In this document: one piece after another, positions 61,633 to 64,000 of the stretch | Layout of the letters: each line of letters begins with the position of its first letter | How positions within the stretch are numbered: the stretch's first letter is position 1 | Assembly (NCBI GenBank): GCA_034439575.1 | Contig: JAWXAQ010000036.1 | Location: 96,566 to 160,565 of the forward strand | Reading direction: 5' to 3' | Length of the DNA stretch: 64,000 nucleotides | Source: Leptospira sp. | GTDB taxonomy: Bacteria > Spirochaetota > Leptospiria > Leptospirales > Leptospiraceae | Translations under genes and position numbers: made by a program | Notes under the pieces: model-generated | What the model was told of the DNA's origin: nothing | The model's database searches: none | What the model saw: the letters and a program-made list of their open reading frames with translations, nothing else

Positions 61633-62679
61633 ATGATGATTATAGACAAAACAAAACGCAAATTAGGTGTTATTTTTATACTTACACTGCTCGTTACTTG
61701 CAGTGAAAAAAAAGATAAAGAATTACCTGAATACTTATTGGAAACGACTGCCTATACCTTAGCAAATACGGTTTCTCGATGTTCCATTTCCTCTCAAAAC
61801 AACTCTGGTTATTTTCAAAAAAATACGATTCCCTCAGGTGCCTTTCTTACTGTAGATCGCATAGATGCCGAGTTACCACAAGCGGGGTCTGTAGAAATAT
61901 ATTATCCAAAAGGAACTACAACTAACTTACCTTTAGTGGTTTTGTTTCCGGGAGGAAATGTAAATAATTCTTTTTATTCAAAGTATGCAGCAAGGATTGC
62001 AGCGGATGGTTATGTGGTATACGTTCCAAACAGATGTACAATCTTTTTCACTCAATACTTTTTGAAAGTATCGAGTGCAGCAGGAAATGAAGTGTATGCA
62101 TTCGCAAAAACCCAAAATACTGATAGTACTTCGGCATTATTTGGAAGATTAAATCCTGAAAAAATAGGTTACATAGGACATTCATTAGGTGGCGTCACTG
62201 CTCTCTATGCATTGAATGGTATTTGTCAATTTCCCTTTTGTGATACTGGATCATCTTATTTAAGTCAGGTGAAAGTGGCTGTGCTATACGGCGCTGGCCT
62301 AACAAACCAATTGGATACATCCAAAATTAAATTGGATGATGCAGGAAAGGCAATACCTGTTGCCTTTGTCCAAGGCAGTTTTGATACGGCATTTCCTGAG
62401 AAAGATGGTCGATCTAGTTATGACAATTATAAAAGCATAAAATACTTTATTTTACTTGATGGTGCCAATCATTACAGTTTGACTGATGTGACAAATCCTT
62501 ATGGTTCCAATTTAGAAAAAGGAACGAGCCTCTTGACTCAAAGTGAAGGCATAGAAAGAATTTCTGCAGTCACATTAATAATGTTAAATGGATACTTAAA
62601 GTCGAGCCAAACAGATATAAACAAATTGACAACGAATGCTACAGGGATCACTGGAATCACCGTGAACAGTTCGTTATAA
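61633..62679 (+). CDS. Alpha/beta-hydrolase lipoprotein (chlorophyllase/cutinase-like)
   Basis: Lipobox LVTC; IYYP, GHSLGG, GSFD, GANHY. Confidence 0.8.
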   Translation: MMIIDKTKRKLGVIFILTLLVTCSEKKDKELPEYLLETTAYTLANTVSRCSISSQNNSGYFQKNTIPSGAFLTVDRIDAELPQAGSVEIYYPKGTTTNLPLVVLFPGGNVNNSFYSKYAARIAADGYVVYVPNRCTIFFTQYFLKVSSAAGNEVYAFAKTQNTDSTSALFGRLNPEKIGYIGHSLGGVTALYALNGICQFPFCDTGSSYLSQVKVAVLYGAGLTNQLDTSKIKLDDAGKAIPVAFVQGSFDTAFPEKDGRSSYDNYKSIKYFILLDGANHYSLTDVTNPYGSNLEKGTSLLTQSEGIERISAVTLIMLNGYLKSSQTDINKLTTNATGITGITVNSSL

Positions 62680-62697
62680 GGACAAAGAAAAAACAAA

Positions 62698-63369
62698 ATG
62701 CCAGAGCAAACTGATTATTTATCATACATGAATAAAGGAAATTATGCTATGGCATTAACTTTACTTGATCAAGAAATTAACAAAAATTCCAACGATCCAG
62801 CCTTATACTACAATTTTGCTTTGTGTTGTTTCCAAACCAAAAACTTCAAAAAATCAACTCAGATACTTACAGATTTGATTCAAAATTATCCAAAGTTTAT
62901 AGAAATAGATAATGCATTTCGTTTAAAGGTATTTGCTCTGATTGAACTGAAAGATTGGGAACAAGCAGAAAATCTCATCAAAGAACGGTTAAAATTTGCC
63001 GTGGATGATCCTAAACTTTTAAGCTTTCTTGCGCATATTTATGAATATACGCACAGGCTTGGTGCCGCAATCGAAGTTCATCGCAAAATTTTAAGTGTTA
63101 CACCTGATTACAAAAATAGTTTAAATTCGCTAGGTTATTTACTCGCTTTAAAGGATCACCTAACGAAAGAAGAACGAAGTGAAGCTGTCCGATGTTTGAA
63201 AAAAGTATTGGAACTAGAACCAAATCATCCTGCCTATTTGGATTCGTTCGGGTTTTTATTGCAAAAATCTGGCAATATTGAGGCAGCATGGAAAGCGTTT
63301 CAAAAAGCTCTCAAAATAAATCCCAATAACCCCATTTTGCTCGAACGGCTGAAGAACTTGCGAAAATAA
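62698..63369 (+). CDS. TPR protein
   Basis: LNSLGYLL, LEPNHPAYLDSFG, ALKINPNN. Confidence 0.85.
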   Translation: MPEQTDYLSYMNKGNYAMALTLLDQEINKNSNDPALYYNFALCCFQTKNFKKSTQILTDLIQNYPKFIEIDNAFRLKVFALIELKDWEQAENLIKERLKFAVDDPKLLSFLAHIYEYTHRLGAAIEVHRKILSVTPDYKNSLNSLGYLLALKDHLTKEERSEAVRCLKKVLELEPNHPAYLDSFGFLLQKSGNIEAAWKAFQKALKINPNNPILLERLKNLRK

Positions 63370-63429
63370 AACCTCCCTTTTGTTGACAGCACCCCTTTGC
63401 CCAAAAAACTGGACTTTCAGAACTTCATT

Positions 63430-63501
63430 CGGGATGTAGCGCAGTGGTAGCGCATCTGTTTTGGGTACAGAGGGTCGCAGGTTCAAATCCTGTCATCCCG
63501 A
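63430..63501 (+). tRNA. tRNA-Pro(TGG)
   Basis: CGGGATG/CATCCCG acceptor stem, TCTGT-TTTGGGT-ACAGA anticodon arm, GGTTCAAATCC; CCA not encoded. Confidence 0.96.
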
Positions 63502-63518
63502 ATTATGTTGTTCTATCT

Positions 63519-63592
63519 GACCCGGTAGCTCAGCTGGATAGAGCAACTGCCTTCTAAGCCGTTGGTCGGGGGTTCGAATCCCTCTCGGGTCA
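63519..63592 (+). tRNA. tRNA-Arg(TCT)
   Basis: GACCCGG/TCGGGTC acceptor, CTTCTAA loop, GGTTCGAATCC. Confidence 0.94.
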
Positions 63593-63607
63593 AGTCGTTT
63601 ATGAAAC

Positions 63608-63680
63608 GGTGGATGTAGTTCAGCGGTAGAGCCCTGGTTTGTGGTACCAGTCGTCGCGGGTTCGAATCCCGTCATCCACC
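63608..63680 (+). tRNA. tRNA-His(GTG)
   Basis: Encoded G-1, GTGGATG/CATCCAC, C73 discriminator, TTGTGGT loop. Confidence 0.96.
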
Positions 63681-63720
63681 CACTTCAAATTTAAAAATTC
63701 CAAATTGTTACAGATAGATT

Positions 63721-63830
63721 GAAATTTCGCGACGGGTTCTTAACCTCACGCCTGTCTCGCACTCCTGCTCGAATGGCGCGTTCAGCCATCCATGGCTTCA
63801 CCACCGGTTTAGAACCCGTCGCGAAATTTC
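63721..63830. repeat. 110-bp element with 20-bp perfect terminal inverted repeats
   Basis: GAAATTTCGCGACGGGTTCT (63721-63740) and AGAACCCGTCGCGAAATTTC (63811-63830). Confidence 0.8.
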
Positions 63831-63900
63831 TTGCTTAGATAAATATTTGGAATTTTTGAATTTTCGTCTAACATAAGATTAAGAAAACTACATATAAAAT

Positions 63901-64000
63901 AGGGATTCGAACAATCCGCAGCGACCCATAGGGAGCGAGGATGCGAGTTTTGCGGAGCATAGCATAGCAAAAACTCGATGATTGAACGAAGTGAAATCAA
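63901..64000. repeat. Probable second GC-rich tRNA-adjacent repeat, truncated by the window edge
   Basis: Starts with GGGATTCGAAC (reverse complement of a tRNA T-arm) followed by short hairpins such as CGAGTTTT...AAAACTCG. Confidence 0.45.

Noticed and set aside
63256-64000. Minus-strand ORFs 63256-63486, 63493-63675 and 63809-64000
   Set aside because: Antisense translations of tRNA genes and repeats
1-64000. CRISPR array, IS transposase, integrase or rRNA
   Set aside because: No regularly spaced direct repeats or matching protein or RNA motifs seen by eye

Overview
AT-rich bacterial DNA that looks like a Leptospira chromosome, probably a saprophytic-clade species. This is inferred from spirochaetal lipoprotein signal peptides, Leptospira-style 7TM-SpoIIE and TPR genes, and GC-rich dispersed repeats. 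The window has two parts. About 1-45.4 kb is a mosaic accessory region. It holds the start of a sugar-nucleotide/surface-glycan operon with a membrane glycosyltransferase-like/kinase fusion, several signalling genes, and nnrS plus a complete clade II nitrous-oxide reductase cluster (fasciclin-cyt c-nosZ-nosB-nosL-nosD-nosF-nosY) behind two perfect FNR/Dnr boxes. It also holds a PiT transporter with a Pho-box-like promoter, an orphan VapB, a TPR-AAA ATPase/TPR-membrane/scramblase-like trio, surface-protein pairs, hicAB in an integron-cassette-like attC context, a secreted tail-collar protein, and a signalling block ending in a bacteriophytochrome. Decayed fragments of the core genes mreB and clpX sit inside this region. 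About 45.4-64 kb is core genome (mreB, ppx, SpoIIE phosphatase, MFS, pepA, bcp, K+/H+ antiporter, APC permease, sppA, surE) ending in tRNA-Pro/Arg/His and tRNA-adjacent repeats. No CRISPR array, rRNA, integrase or transposase was seen. All family calls come from motif recognition by eye; no database searches were run.
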